Made by a program: the position numbers and the translations under genes. 64,000 nt of DNA from Trichoplax adhaerens (taxonomy: Eukaryota; Animalia; Placozoa): contig NW_002060945.1 in the NCBI RefSeq assembly GCF_000150275.1, positions 1,802,199-1,866,198 on the forward strand. Direction: 5' to 3'. Under the pieces are notes generated by a model that did no database searches, was not told the origin of the DNA, and saw only the letters and a list, made by a program, of their open reading frames with translations. The number at the start of each line of letters is the position of its first letter. Positions within the stretch are counted from its first letter, which is position 1. Positions 12,636 through 26,500 of the stretch are shown here, in pieces.

Positions 12636-15600
12636 TTAACTTTCCTCCATTAGGCCTTGGTCTGATAAATCGCCCATAAATTCCTCGAGTTGCTTACTTT
12701 GTTTATGTTGGAGATTGTCCAACCGATTGAAAACATTGGATAACTCTTCCTGATGGCGTTTTTCTTTCTCTACTAGACTAGTTGAAACTGGATCCATTAG
12801 AGGTGGATGTAGGGAAAATTGATTATAATTATTATCACGATTGTTCAATTGGTTAGGATTTGGATCAGGATTATTCAACATAAGATATTTGAATTCATTC
12901 TGCCGACGAACTAAATCACGCAATTGCCTCTTTAAGTGTGATAATTCAGCATCGGCTGTATGTTGGATGGCTTGTTTCTCTAACTCATATTTCTCTTTTC
13001 TACCTTTTAATATGTCAATTTTCTCCTTCATTTGCCTGACGATGGATGAATATTTCTCTTTGCGTTTCTTTTCAGTTTGTTTTAATTTACTGTAACTGCT
13101 TTGGAGTTGTTTTAAATTTTCGTTTTGTTCATTAAATTTTTTCGTGAAACGTTCTCGTTCTTCAGACCATGTTGCCTGTTGCTGTTCTATCGATCTGAGT
13201 AAGATATGAAATAGCATAGCATCAATGAGCTGGATGTTTCATGGAAAGAAAGGAATGCTCGTATATTTGCATAGGCAGAGATTGGTTAAATTGCCTACAG
13301 TACTATAGCAGGCTTATTAAGGTAGATTTTATAGTGGATGTTTATGATTTTCTTATATTGGCTTCTTACTTGCCGGATTGCAAAAGATTTATATCTAAAA
13401 GTGCTCTATGTGCCTAGCTGGTTAACAATTTAATGATTTACTCATACTGATTCGCTACTACCCAGATCGTAAAAGATTTATACTTAAAAGTACTCTATGC
13501 GTATAGCTGGTTAGCAGACTTAATAATCTACTTATTTATCTACTCCTGAGACAATAAAGATTAAAAATACAAATATCTACCTAGTTGCATCGTGCTGTAA
13601 TTCTTGAAGATTTTGATGATATATCCTAACTTCGTCATTCAGTGCTTCTATCGTTGATTGCAATTTGTCATTAGTAGCCATAACTTCTTGCTCACGACTA
13701 ATAATGCTTTGCATTTGAGCTTGTAGGTGATTATATTTCTGTTTTAGGTCATGATGTCTAATGGAAGCAAATAGAGGATAATTAAGGGTGGGAAGATCTG
13801 TAAATTGCGTTTAGCTTTGAAAGGATATAGACGTGTACGATTTCTCATCACTACCGCGTAATACAAATATGCACTAAAACCCTCTAGATGTATAGGATGT
13901 TGAAAATTTTTAATTAAGTATACATCAGCTAGGATGGCGGTATATCCGCTCTTTTAATGCTTTAGAATAATTCTATAAAGGCATTACCTAGACCTCTCAA
14001 TTTCAATCTCATCTTGAAACTGTTGTTGTAGTTCAATCTGAGACTTTAAAGATTCATTCTCTTTACGCTCAATATTTCTTTGATCGGTTAGTGACCGAGT
14101 CTGATCTTCTAGATTCTCAATCTATATAAATTTAGACGGAAAAGATGTTTTAGCTACTATAAAATATTAGTTATATGATTAGTATATCTTGATTAATCTT
14201 ATAGATGGTACAAATGACGGACTGGAAATACGAAATGCTATGTAGAATGACCTTTGATTTATATTCCACTTCCAAGTCTAAACGATGGCGCTCCGCTTCC
14301 GATAATGTTCCTTCTAAATCTAATTTTTCTTGTTCAATCACTGCTAATCGTTTCCATTCCTCCTGTAATCGCGTTTGGATTCTACAAGTAATATCTTGCT
14401 CTTTGCTAACAATATTGCTTTCCAATTGGAGCTTTGTTTCCTTTAGTATTTCATTTTCACTCTTGACCGATGCTAATTCAGCTTTTAAAGCATCAATTTC
14501 TCGTTCTAAATCCCCATGAATTTTCATAGATTCTAATCTAAAATCACTGAATGCCACGCGTTGGTTATGCTCCAATTCATCATTTCGACTTTGTAGAGCA
14601 ATTTTCTCACGTTCTAATAAATGAATTTTCGAATTAAATTCCTCATGTAATTGACGATTATTTTCCAATTCTGATAGTAAACGTTGGCATTTTAACTTCA
14701 TTGATTCTCTTTCTGCTTCAGCTGATTTCATTTTTGCAGTTGCTTCGGATAATTGTCGAGAATGTAAGCGATTGCTTTGATCAGATTGGGTCATGACATT
14801 TTCAGTGCGGCTTTGCGATTCCTCTAATCCAGTTTGTAGTCCTAATTAATTTGAAAGGTAAGTAATAATAATGCTTTTTAGCAAGTATCGTGTGTACGTG
14901 CTTAAGTTAAATGCTTCCAAGACTCAGACAGAGACTTTTTCTGAGTTAAACTACCGCAATCTCGCCAAGATGGCTTTCCCTCTCACCTTTGATTTTTTGC
15001 TGCAATTGAGTATTTTCACGCTGCAGTGATCTCATCTTTTTCTCTTCCATAGCATTCTCCTCATCACGATGGGCCATTAAAGCATCTTTATCCTTTTTAA
15101 TTTCTAATATTTCAATCTGATGCTTTTTCTGTATTTCATCAAGAATAGTTTGATGTTGAGATCGGCTATGCTCGTATTCCGATTTTAGAAAGGCGTGTTC
15201 ATAACGAATTCGATTATACTCGTTTCTGAAATGATCGACTTTCTTGTCCATTTCTTCAATTTGTCGACGAGCAGAGCCTTCAATTTCTTCACGCATTTGA
15301 AGTCGTATCACCTCCATTCGTTGTGGTGTCATAATCTGTAAGAATAAATTGTTAATATTGAAAACTAATAATCGACGATACTTAGCCATCAAGATGGTAT
15401 CATATTGAATTTTATTTGTCTTTTATCTTGGCTTAAATAGGATATTAATTTTTCTATGGCATGATTGAAATTAATCCATTTCTAAACAGACCTGTGTTTT
15501 AAGTTGCTCGGATTCCCTTATTTTACTATCAAAGTCGTTCTGCACTCGAGACATTGCATCTTTAAATTGACGTTGCATTGTAGCTTTTGATTCTTTCTCC

Positions 15601-15791
15601 AAGGCTAGTTCTGATTTCAGTCGATCGTGAACATCTTGAAGCTGTAAATGTCTGACTTTTAACGTTTCAAAGTTAGTCTTATGTTGTTCAATTTTAATTT
15701 TATAATCAGTAATGATGGCTTCAATATTTGCTCGTTCTTCCAGCTCTTGCATGAGCTCTTCCTCTTGCGATGAATCTTGGGTCTTGGTCAT
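12636..15791 (-). CDS. CEP83: Centrosomal protein CEP83/CCDC41 (centriole distal appendage coiled-coil protein)
   Basis: Six spliced exons of continuous coiled coil. The segment MTPQRMEVIRLQMREEIEG...EYNRIRYEHAFLKSEYEH matches the CEP83 motif LTPQKLELLRAQIQQELE...YNKLRYEHTFLKSEFEH. Probable ATG at 15791 (MTKTQ); stop at 12636. A candidate upstream non-coding exon ends at a minus-strand donor near 17683. Confidence 0.88.
13382..13540. repeat. Intronic tandem duplication, period about 89 bp
   Basis: aaaagatttatatctaaaagtgctctatgtgcctagctggttaac at 13382 versus aaaagatttatacttaaaagtactctatgcgtatagctggttagc at 13471. Confidence 0.75.
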
Positions 15792-16169
15792 GATGCTTTC
15801 GATGTTACTTTTTGTGGACGTTGAAAAGTTTTGACGGTTTTGCAAATACTAGTATCTTAGCCTATGTAGAGATGATAAAAAAATTAGTAGAGTTTAGTAT
15901 TTTTATAGAATTTGAATCATTGTTCAATAATCAATGGTATTTCGGAAAATGATTTTAAATAGAGATCTAGTTAAAAATAAATTGCAACCGTTAGGAAATA
16001 ACATTTTAGTGGAATAATCATTTGAATCTCAATTTTAGATGCCCTAGTATGTCGGTGACGAAAAAATTACCAATATTTCAAACACGAATGAAAATATGCA
16101 TTTAATTGAATAAAATTATCGATATATTCAGTATTATCTATGTAGCGGGTATAAATAAAGTGATAATTA

Positions 16170-17400
16170 TGAAATTTGTATTTATTCGGTCTGAAACTAA
16201 ATTTTAGATATCGTAGTATACTGTTTAAGAAAAAAATATTGGATAATTCAAATGTTTATAAGATGATGCATGAATAGAGCAAATATCATTAAAGCATCAA
16301 ATGACTTACTATGCAATAATTTTAAATAAGGTGAAAGTTGATAATTTTGCATTTTTCCAATTTAAAGCTAAATTTTAGGTACAATGGCGTATTGATTTCT
16401 ATAAAACTGCCGGATAATTCAGCTACTTATAAAGTGATAAATGGAATGAAAATAAATATCGTCAAAATATTTAATAAAATATTGTATAACATAATTAAAT
16501 CAATTGATGATCCATTTAATTTGCATTGATCTCACATCACATATTGTGGGCTATGGCTTACAGAAAAGACGGCTAGATAATAGAGATGCTGTACTAATAA
16601 AATGATGCATTAAATGGAGAATAAAAATTATTGAAGTATATACCGTGCGACAACATTAAATAAACCAGCTGTTATTTAATTTGTATTTATCTAATTTAAA
16701 ACTCACTTTTTGATATGCTAGTTTTTCGCTTATATAGAAATTGCTAAACAGTTCAGGCACTAATAAAATGGCGTATGAAATATTAATGCCTTGTATAACG
16801 TTTACGAATACAGTAACAGTTATTCAACTTGTATTTATCTAATTTAAAACAAAATTTTAGATGTAATGGCTTGTCGTATTTAGATATTGTACTAGATAAT
16901 TTAGATACTCATAAAATGAGGCATGAAATAGAATAAATGTAACTGAAATATATATTGCCCAATGAGTTTAAAGCAACAGTTTACAATTTGTATTTCTCTT
17001 TCTCTACGTATCATATACAATTATATTTTCGGATATTGTAGCCTATCATTTATGGAAAACTGCTAGAAGATCCATACACTAATAAAATGACATCTGAAGT
17101 ATTATTACAATATATTTTATATAACGACTACGAATAAAGTAAGAGATATTCAATTTGTATTTATCTAATTTAAAGCAAAATTTTAAATGTTCTTGCTTGT
17201 TACTTTTAGATATCATACTAGATAATGCTGGTACTCGTAAAATGAGGCATGAAATAGAATAAATATTATTGAAATGGATGCTGTACAACGGCTGTAAATA
17301 AATAACTGTTGTCCAAGTTATGTTTGTTAAATTTCAAACTAAATTCTAGATATCCCTACGTATTTCTGACGGAAAAATGGCTCAATAACTACTAGAATGT
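16170..17400. repeat. Degenerate tandem array, about 150-175 bp units, about 8 copies
   Basis: The core aatttgtatttatctaatttaaaac...ttttagat...ctagataat...aaaatga recurs at about 16173, 16343, 16518, 16678, 16826, 16984, 17151 and 17313. Confidence 0.7.
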
Positions 17401-18111
17401 CAAGATGATGATTGATTTACTCTAGGATTTTAATTGACTCGATCAGTATAACAAGGATCATCAACACCCTATTAACTCTGGTATAGTAAAATCTTACTAT
17501 GTGCTCATTATAGCAGTCACTACCGTTGCTAAAATGTTTGAATTAGATTTGACAAGAGCTAATGTCAACTCATTTAACTGTCAACAACAACAAATCACTA
17601 GAATAATCCATGGCGTCACTTGGCATCGTTATAAGTCAGCCAAGATTACCGGTATCTTCATTTAAATCATCAAGTTACCTTACCTTTTTCAGATCGTTTA
17701 GTCAGGATTAATTGAGTTGCAGTAGCATAGTCTTGGGGGCCAATGTCTCGCTTGGGTTTGTCAACGTAGTGTCCCTCCTCTTGTGATTTTTAAATTTGAT
17801 TTTATTAATCTTACAATTTAAATTTTTGTCCATCCACTGGTGCAACTAGTACAGTATTGTTTGGATCATGCTGATGATGAATAGAATCTACTATAGTGTC
17901 TTGAATAGTGTTGGATGGATTAATTTTTGAAACTCTAGGAGTTAATTTACATAACGGTAAAGTTAACAGTCTGTGGTCATAATAGAGGACAATACAATCG
18001 GTTATAATCGAGTTGGGTAGCTATTCATGTTGAATAGAGTATCGCATTCACTACTCTTCAGCTTAGTGTATTGTATGGATTACCTAGTAGGATAATTGTT
18101 CGTATCGAGTG

Positions 18112-18124
18112 GTTACTTTGCAAC
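18112..18124. promoter_or_regulatory. X-box-like element upstream of CEP83
   Basis: GTTACTTTGCAAC (reverse strand GTTGCAAAGTAAC) has GTTRC...GYAAC half-sites and lies about 400 bp upstream of the candidate CEP83 5' exon. Weaker match than the other four. Confidence 0.35.
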
Positions 18125-18465
18125 AGTGATTCGCTTTCGAGCTCTTTGCTATATACTGGATATACTTAGTTTAGCCTATAATAAACAGTACGTGGTCGAT
18201 TGCCAAGCATAGAGTAATTCTAATCGATGCCATTGCAGCTGCAGTAAACATTTATTTTGGCTCTATTTTGGAGCAGAGTGAGATCTAGGAGATCTGTATT
18301 GTTGAATTGCTAATTGGAGGATAGTCCAGCTTGAATAAATAAGATATCTATAGTAATTTGTGCAGATTATACAATCGATTATGTTGTAGTTTGCGCTTTT
18401 GGTGCTGCAGATTTGGAGGGTCTGTTAAAGTCAGCCTATGCTGTATTCTAAAGTGCCGATATCAA

Positions 18466-18696
18466 CGATTCATTTTAAAATATGTGCGATGACGGAGAAG
18501 AACATTGATGCTCGATGATGCGATTCATTTTAAAATATATGCGATGATGGAGAAGAACATTGATACTAGATGATGCGATTCATTTTAAAATATAGGCGAT
18601 GATGGAGAAGAGCATTCAAGCTCAATGATGCGATTCATTTTAAAATATGCCCGATGATGGAGAAGAGCATTCATACTCGATGATGCGATTCATTTT
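18466..18696. repeat. Minisatellite, 55-bp period, 4 full copies plus a partial copy
   Basis: cgattcattttaaaata... starts at 18466, 18521, 18576 and 18631, and cgattcatttt again at 18686. Units share gatgatggagaagarcatt...tgatg. Confidence 0.95.
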
Positions 18697-18856
18697 GCTT
18701 CTTAATCGCTCGATATCTCTAGTCTGTACACCGAACGATAGGCATTGTACTCATTTTCTGATACTTTTTTATACGAGAAACTACTTTCTGTCTTGTCAAT
18801 GCAAGGGTGAGGTCGCATGGACATGCACAGTTTATTTGGATCTATACTATAGCTAC

Positions 18857-20030
18857 TTTTAGATGAAATTGAACATGTATTGTGGAAATAAGCAGTACGA
18901 AATAGTATAATAAGAATTATAGACAGAAAATTGTCGTAAGAAATAAATCAGTTCCAGCTGTTGCCTTGGGTTTGATAGCCAATAAAGTGGTTATTACTTA
19001 ATACTGTACATTATTCGATAATTGCTCGTAATGAACAGCTTTGTTGGTGGCGGATATCTATTCTGCACAACTTATTGAGGTCTGTATAGCAGCTATTTTA
19101 AGATAAAGTGGAACTTATTTAGTCGAAATATCCAATACTACATTAAGAATGAGAAAACAGGGGCGAACAAAATTGTTGTGGGAAAAGAAATCAGCTCTAG
19201 CTGTTACCTTGCTTTGGGCTGCCAATAATAGGATGTTAATGTCACGGCTAAAATCCGATCCGGCTATATTGTATAATAGTCCGCTAAAGCCCGAATTAAG
19301 AGTAAAATCTTTTGAATTTCAAGTTTTAGACGGCTATGCGAATGCTTTAAGTACAATATCCATCATATTTAGCCATTTTATTCCTCTACGGAAGTATTTA
19401 ATTGCATTGCATACCTAAAAAGAACTAAACGAAGTCTGTTTCCTTTCTCTGTAGCGAGGAATCTTGCTTAAAGTGTATATGTACTCTTATTTCGGGCCTT
19501 AGCCGTAACATTAATACTACCCATTTTAGAATAATGGACAGTTCTTACTGATCGCTTTTAACTCTTCGATACTGCTAACTGAGGTCTTCCAGCAGTGATT
19601 TTTACATGAAATTGAACATGTTTAGTCGACGTGCAGTGCAAAAGTAGAAACCTTCTACAGTAAAGTAAGAATGTGAAAACACCTATGAGCAGACAAACTG
19701 TCGCTCAAATAGATTAGCTCTAGCTGCTATCTTGCATTGGACCATTTATATTAGATGTTGTTCATTAATACTGTATATTTAGGATAATAGATAGTTCTTA
19801 TTGATAGCTAATAACTCTTCTATACAGCTCATTTAGGTCTTTGAGTAGCAATTTTTAGGTGAATTAAACTTGCGAAACGCTCAGTTATCCTATAGAATCA
19901 GAACGAGAAAAAAAAGGGTGTGAGCAGAAAAGTTGTCGCGGTAAATAAATCATCTCCAGTCACTACCTTGTATTTGACTGCATACATAGCGACATTTAAT
20001 ACATTCGATCATCGATTGTCGACAATATTT
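18857..20030. repeat. Degenerate tandem array, about 240-250 bp units, about 4 copies (one interrupted by an insertion)
   Basis: ttttagatgaaattgaacatg / gacagaaaattgtcg / aaataaatcagttccagctgttgccttg / ttaatactgtac motifs recur near 18857, 19095, 19598 and 19850. Confidence 0.65.
19240..19510. mobile_element. Non-autonomous inverted-repeat element (MITE-like, TGT...ACA termini, TTAA target-site duplication)
   Basis: The left end TGTCACGGCTAAAATCCGA matches the reverse complement of the right end, TGTTACGGCTAAGGCCCGA, at 15/19 positions. TTAA flanks both sides (19236-19239, 19511-19514). An internal copy ccgctaaagcccgaattaagagta at 19281 also matches the right end. Neighbouring repeat units have a single uninterrupted ttaatact. 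Confidence 0.75.
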
Positions 20031-20570
20031 CTGCACACCCTGGTTACCTCTGTTGTCTGAGAGACCGTTAAGAATAAGCTCTAGCCAAACTAGACACAGT
20101 ACGGTATACTATCCAGTATATAATACTCTATCACATACAAATCATACTATAGTGTATCATATCGGTCATATCGTTCTAGCAGACACTATGAGAAAGTTAA
20201 AGTGCTGCTGTTGATCAAGAGGTCAAGACAAAGTAAAAGGAAGTCATAGAGGTCAGAATAATATTCTTCCCGATCAGATCTTTCCATCTGCATTTTCAAA
20301 GTGCCATCGTTGATTGTATCGCCTCGTTTTTAAGCTATTTCCAACTCAAAATTGGAATTTCATTTCTTCTATTGTCATTCCGTTACAAGATCATATGGAA
20401 AGACGATGATGAGTAGGCAAGCGTAATGGATTAGACCCTAAAACTGGCCATACGGTGTTTAGATTGGCGACAAATGATAGACTCTTAATTGAGGTAAGTT
20501 TGCCAGCCAGTTATGATAGTTAATAAGAGAGAATCAATCCATCGGACTGTTGTAGGATAATATCAAGACT

Positions 20571-23500
20571 ATGAGTGAGTCAAGATAGCACAGATGGGCG
20601 ATATTCAATCCAATCTTATGCTATAAATAACTGGAGAAAAACATTGCCCGTATCTATGTCTACCTTATGTAAATAAATATAACAGCGTACGGTTATGGAA
20701 TAACGGTTCTCGATTTAGATAACATCTTCCTTCTTAGATAATAGTCTTCTTGTTCATCGAAATCAGTTCATTCTCTTCTACTTGATACTTATTCCATGGA
20801 TCGTTGCTAGAAAAATTATGTTGATAGGAGTGTACGATGGAATAAAGAATCGCTTTAAAAGGATGATCGTCTTGTCCGATATCCATAATCCGATAGGCAG
20901 TCGTTGACATACTTTCCATTTCCACTTACTTTTTTTAAGGGCAAAGTTAGACCTATTTGAAGCAGTATCAATGTACTCCAAATCATTCTTTATTATAGAC
21001 TTTGATCTTGTAATTTAATTTAATTTTAATCCTGGATCCAAATAGCATCTGTTTATTCATAATCGTAAGCGCCAGTGTTTTATATCATTTCTTTACTCTA
21101 CGGGTATTATTTAAAGAGAAGTACTAAATTATCCATTCTGCCTAGTCTTGACCATCGTCGACATTAAGGTTTTGCACCTTTATTCTTTTGCTATTTCTAA
21201 TTTTACCTTCTTAGTTGATGATTGTGTCTATTTGAAATGATTGCTGTCAATGTTAGACTAATTTAGTCAGTATTAATTGGCTGATAGATTGATTGATATA
21301 GAAATTGAAAATCTTTGCCTTGCTGCCCTTATTTTATCACATCTTGTCTTAACACTGGCATCGACACAAGGCGAAGCTGCTATTAATTGCAGCGATCGAC
21401 CTCTAACAAACGGCAGTAGTAAGGAAGAAGAATATAGCGACAGCAATCTCAAATTAGCTACTGCTCGAGAGTGTCGTTTAAAATTGTCTCAAGCTTTAGC
21501 AGAAACACCCATTGCTGAAGATGTCAATTTAACATTGGAGCAAGCTGACGAAATTTTACAATATTTTGGTAAGTGTTTCTATGATTAAGTTAACATTATT
21601 TTTCATAATCATCATTATCAACCCCGACAGTAATCGCCTATATCGATATAAAGATAGTCGAGAGGTTATCTTATCCACCTTCTTCCTGATACCCTAGCTT
21701 ATAATATATCGCTATACAATGACAATTTGAAACATTTTGAGCGACTAAGTAAATCGACTCTTGTAGCTCTCTTTCAATGATCACTGTCATCCTAAAGTAT
21801 ACCGACTAAGTTGAAACGATCATGTTGGTAAAGAGTTGATTATTTTTTTGGGGGGGCTAGGATAGTCGATTCTACTCTAATCACGGTTGTGATGACAATT
21901 GATTAAGCAACATCATTTCTTTCATTTAAATTCTTTCCTTTCATTTAATAGTTTCTTTTTTCTCTCCATTGTTGCTGGTGATGATGAAATTCATCGTCAT
22001 ATAGATATTATGGAAGAAGATTAATTCAATTACATGAGGCATTGAGCAGCACAGAATTCCTTTTACATGTTCATGTTGCAAAGAAAAACTTAATCATACC
22101 CTATCCATTCAGTCAACATGTACCGCAATAACGGGTAGTTAAAAAGCATGTATATTTAATCGTTTTAATTTATGAACAGTAATGGCTGCCATTGCTAAAC
22201 TGCAAAGAATATTAGCTGTTCTCATCTTGAAGATGATTATTGCAACAATGGCATTTAACCTAAGGGCTGAATGAATTCAAGAGCAACAATAACAAAATAC
22301 GAGTGCAGTACTAAGAAAACGGTTTTAAATCTCTAATTACTTCATTGATGACGAGTACTGTTGCCGGGGCTAAAATGGATCCGTCTTATACTAACCTTCT
22401 ATTATCCCGTCTTACCCAAAACGGATTCTATTAGAATATTAACACATTAGAAGGAGTATTGTACAATCCGTGATTGGCTAACGTTGAGAAGTACTACCGG
22501 TACTAAAATAGATTCATCTTAGATCCAATTTATATTATTTCGTCTACCCCAGGATAGGATAGATAATATTAGAATCTAGAGCTATAATGAAAGAGAATTT
22601 TATAATCCTTGATTGGTTTACGTTGAGAGAATCTTGTCGGTACTCAAATAGATCCTTCTTACATTAACCTTTTATTATTCCATAGTACCTTATGGTAGGT
22701 AATAATAGAATCTAGAGCTATAATATTAACGAATCTGCAACATTAACAAATACGAAAGGCTATTCTATCATCCTTGATTGGTTTATGTTGAGCAGTACTG
22801 CCTGTGCTATAATAGATTCATCTTCTACTACCATTAATACTATGATTCTGTCTTACTGAAGGGGCTGACAATATTGGATTCTAGATATGTCATATCAAAG
22901 TTAGGAAATCAATGTTAAATTCTCTATCTGTGACTTATTCATTCACCATCGGCATTGCCACCTGCGTCCAGGCAATTTTATACTAAACTAGATTGATTGA
23001 TACAATTCTAGGGCTACCATGCCAAAATATCCGGAAACTAATGTACGCTAGAATTTATTGATTTACTGTAAGCAATACTGCCCGTCCCAAAATACTCTTG
23101 TCTTACGCTAGATTAATTCGATTTTCGAGCTAACTATATCAAAATATCGGAAATCAACGTTAAATCTTTAATGGATGACTCGATAATGAATGTAATACCT
23201 AGTCTTATTGGTGCTAGATTAATCTCGTGCTGTGTTTGCTTTTAATATCAACTCCACCATAACAATCAATTTCACGTATAGATTGATGGATCGAATTCAA
23301 GCGTAGCAATTTGATACATTCAAAAACAATCTCACCCTTCATCCTGATTATAAAACTAACTAGACTGTGGAACAGTAGATTCTATCGTAAATTGATCCTC
23401 TAGCTATAGCTATTAAATTAGATACGACTATTGAACATTCGATATATTGAGTTATGAAGATGATTTTATTGTCCGAACGACCATTTTATTATATAAACTC

Positions 23501-26500
23501 CTCTATTCACGTTCCACTTTTAAGGGAAAATGCCATTTCCTATCGCACTCCATTTATTCGTAGACTTAGCAGAAGCTATTCGAAGGAATAATTTAAGGCA
23601 TGATTCCTATTATAGTGCGGTAGAGTGTTTTCAATTAATTAGACTAATTTAGTATTAAAAAATCAGAGCGAGGATTTTTCAATTTGATAGCTACATATGG
23701 ATATTGCTGACTTGATCAACTAGGCTAAATTTAGAGCAGTCTTGTAAAATTTTAATCAAGACTACAGTAGTTATTTAACTTGGACTTGGATAGAAAGGCA
23801 TTACTAGTAGATTACTTTATTACTACTTTATTAAAAACTGATTCATAGATAGTTCCACACAATGCTAGTAATCTTTTTTACCCCTGCATGTTAAAGCTAA
23901 ATCTAGGTCAACGTTGTGAAACTATAACCCAAATCAGTTATGCAATGTGTAATATAGGTATCTCCTGCAATGAAAACACGTGTCGGATATTTATAATATT
24001 GATAGGTTGGTATGTGTATTCCAATGCAAATCTAAAAGTTGTAAACTGCTTCCTGAAGTAGGCATTTGGCCAATGCGGTAGTTAAATATCTGATAATCAA
24101 AATACGTTCCATAGATATTCTCATCAACATTGATAGATTAATATTTCAATTTGAAAGCATATCTATCAAGTTGTAAAAATGCGAAACCAAACTAGTTATT
24201 CGCCTATTCCATTATTTGAAGGCAACTGTGTAAGTTATACAAATATAGGCTAAGCTAGTTATTCAACTAGCAATATTATAGTCTCCTGCAATCGAAATAT
24301 ATTCCAGTCTATACAGTGTGTAAATTTAGAAGTTGTATAGGTTGATATTGCAATTTAAAGGCATGCCTATAGATTATGAAATTACGGCCTAAATTCGTTG
24401 TTTGACTAGCAATAGAAAAGTTATATACAATTAAAATTTTTTGCAGATGTATATATTCTATAAACAGTTTTAGCTTGATGTCGTATTGCAATTTAAGGAC
24501 ACGTCTATATGTTATAAGATTACAATCTAAACTAAAGTATAGTTATGCGACTAGCAAGGTAAAAGTCTTTCGCGGTCGAAATATGTTCCAGTCTAAACAG
24601 AATATAAATATTAGCTGCCGGTATTCCAATTTAAAAGCAAATCTGTAAATGGCTACCGAAAATACCTTCTAGTTTACTGCTCAACTAATCATATAAAAGT
24701 CTCATGCATTGGAAATATGTTTCAGTCTAAACAGAATATAAATATTGGCTGTCGGTATTCCAATTTTAAAGCAAATCCATAAATGGCTACCTAAAATACC
24801 TTACAGCTTACTGCTCGACTAATCATATAAAAACCTCATGCATTGGAAATATGTTTCAGTCGATGTGGAATATAAATATTGGCGTTGGTATTGCAATTTA
24901 TCAGTAAATCTATTAGTTATAAAAGTAGGTTCTAAACTTCCNGTACCGTTTTTCAACTAGTCATAGAAAAGCTTTATGAAATCGAGTTATGTAGCAGATA
25001 TCAATATTTGTAGGTTGATGCGAGCTTGCGATTTAGAGATAAGTCTATTGTTTCAAAGACTACAATCTAAATTATCATATAGTTTTGCATCTAGTTATGA
25101 AACAGTCTCTTGTAAAGGAAATGTTCTTCGGATCAAGACAGTATATAAATATTTGCGGGTTGGTGTCAATATTCCAGTTTAAAAGCAAATCTATAAGTTG
25201 TAAAACTGCGGCCTAAACCTCTCATTCGACTAGCACCTTTAAAGTCTCATGCATTGGCAATGTAAAGTAAATGTACAAGTTGTAAAACTACGGCCTAAAA
25301 CATTTATTCGATTAATAACATTGCAATGTGAGGTAAATCTACAAGTTATGAAATTATAGTCTAAAACTCGCCAGTCGTTCGACTAGCAATTATATCATAA
25401 CAGGAACTCGGTTCCCTCTATCTAAAAGGTTTTATAACAGAAGCAAATACAACAATATCGTCGACAATTTCTACCGTACTTCCCATTTCTAGAACGAAAA
25501 GTCGATAAGCCAATCTAAGGATAAAGCTTACAGGGAATCTATTGTGGAGTACTTTAACAAGCTGTTGATTTATTCTTTCTATCCACATCAATGTTGTCTC
25601 CTATCGTTTACTTCCGCTTGTCTTTTAATTAACTATTTAAATTGGAAATCTTGTCTATGAGAACACCAATAAGTCATCCGTTTGTGCATTAATTAAAGTA
25701 TATCATAAATATTTAGTAGTAATTGAACGGCTGTAAGGAAAAATTTCTAGTTTACCAGCGTATCGCTAACCAGTTTGATTTACAATATTTTTAGAGTTTA
25801 TCAGAAATCTCAGTTATTTTAGTAGCTTACTTTGTGTTGATCAGAAAGTCCTGGCTATTTTTAGTAGCTTACTAATAGCCGGATGGGAAGCATACGTACC
25901 GTTTAATGAGGGCTTATTAAAAAGTCTAGGATATTCTAGTAGCATGCTAATAACTTGATTTAGAGCATACTAAGAGCATGCATGTAGAAAACTAAACAAT
26001 TCCTTGAGCATTCAGTGAAATACTCATCTAGGGGTAGATGACGATGCGTAAGGTACTTAGGAAAAAGTATCGACGAATTATCGGTAAATCGTTATTTGGT
26101 TTGATTTACTATTTGCTCGGAGCATACTCATCTAAGAAAGTTTTTAAACTGCTTCCAACTAGCTCGCTTGATGCAGGGCTTTTCTAGAACTTGTAAGGAT
26201 ATTTTGATTGTTTATACGCGTAACAGCATATCATTGCCTAGATTACTAGAGCTAGAAAGGGTTTGAAATAGTAACATTCATTTACTCCAGCAAGGTCTCC
26301 ATTACTTTGGCAATCTACTACAAGCCAAGGTAAAATCGTATACGGCTTTGGAACTTTCATGAAAATATCGAATGTTTGAGCTGCTTGCCTCCAGCTTCTA
26401 AGAGTGTTTGCTTGATTGCTTTGGCTGCATGAAAGACGCTTTTACTTTGCATTAGTACGGTCTCCATTACTCTGGCGATATGTAGTAAGCAAGTTGAAGT

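Noticed and set aside
12841-14519. Plus-strand ORFs 12841-13095 and 14205-14519
   Set aside because: Antisense shadows of CEP83 exons.
18466-18696. 55-bp periodic array as a possible CRISPR
   Set aside because: The whole unit is repeated with no unique spacers, the context is eukaryotic and there are no cas genes.
21952-22004. Possible alternative terminal TRAK exon giving a hydrophobic tail (VSFFSPLLLVMMKFIVI*)
   Set aside because: Rests on one AG in a T-rich tract. The hydrophobicity is explained by base composition.
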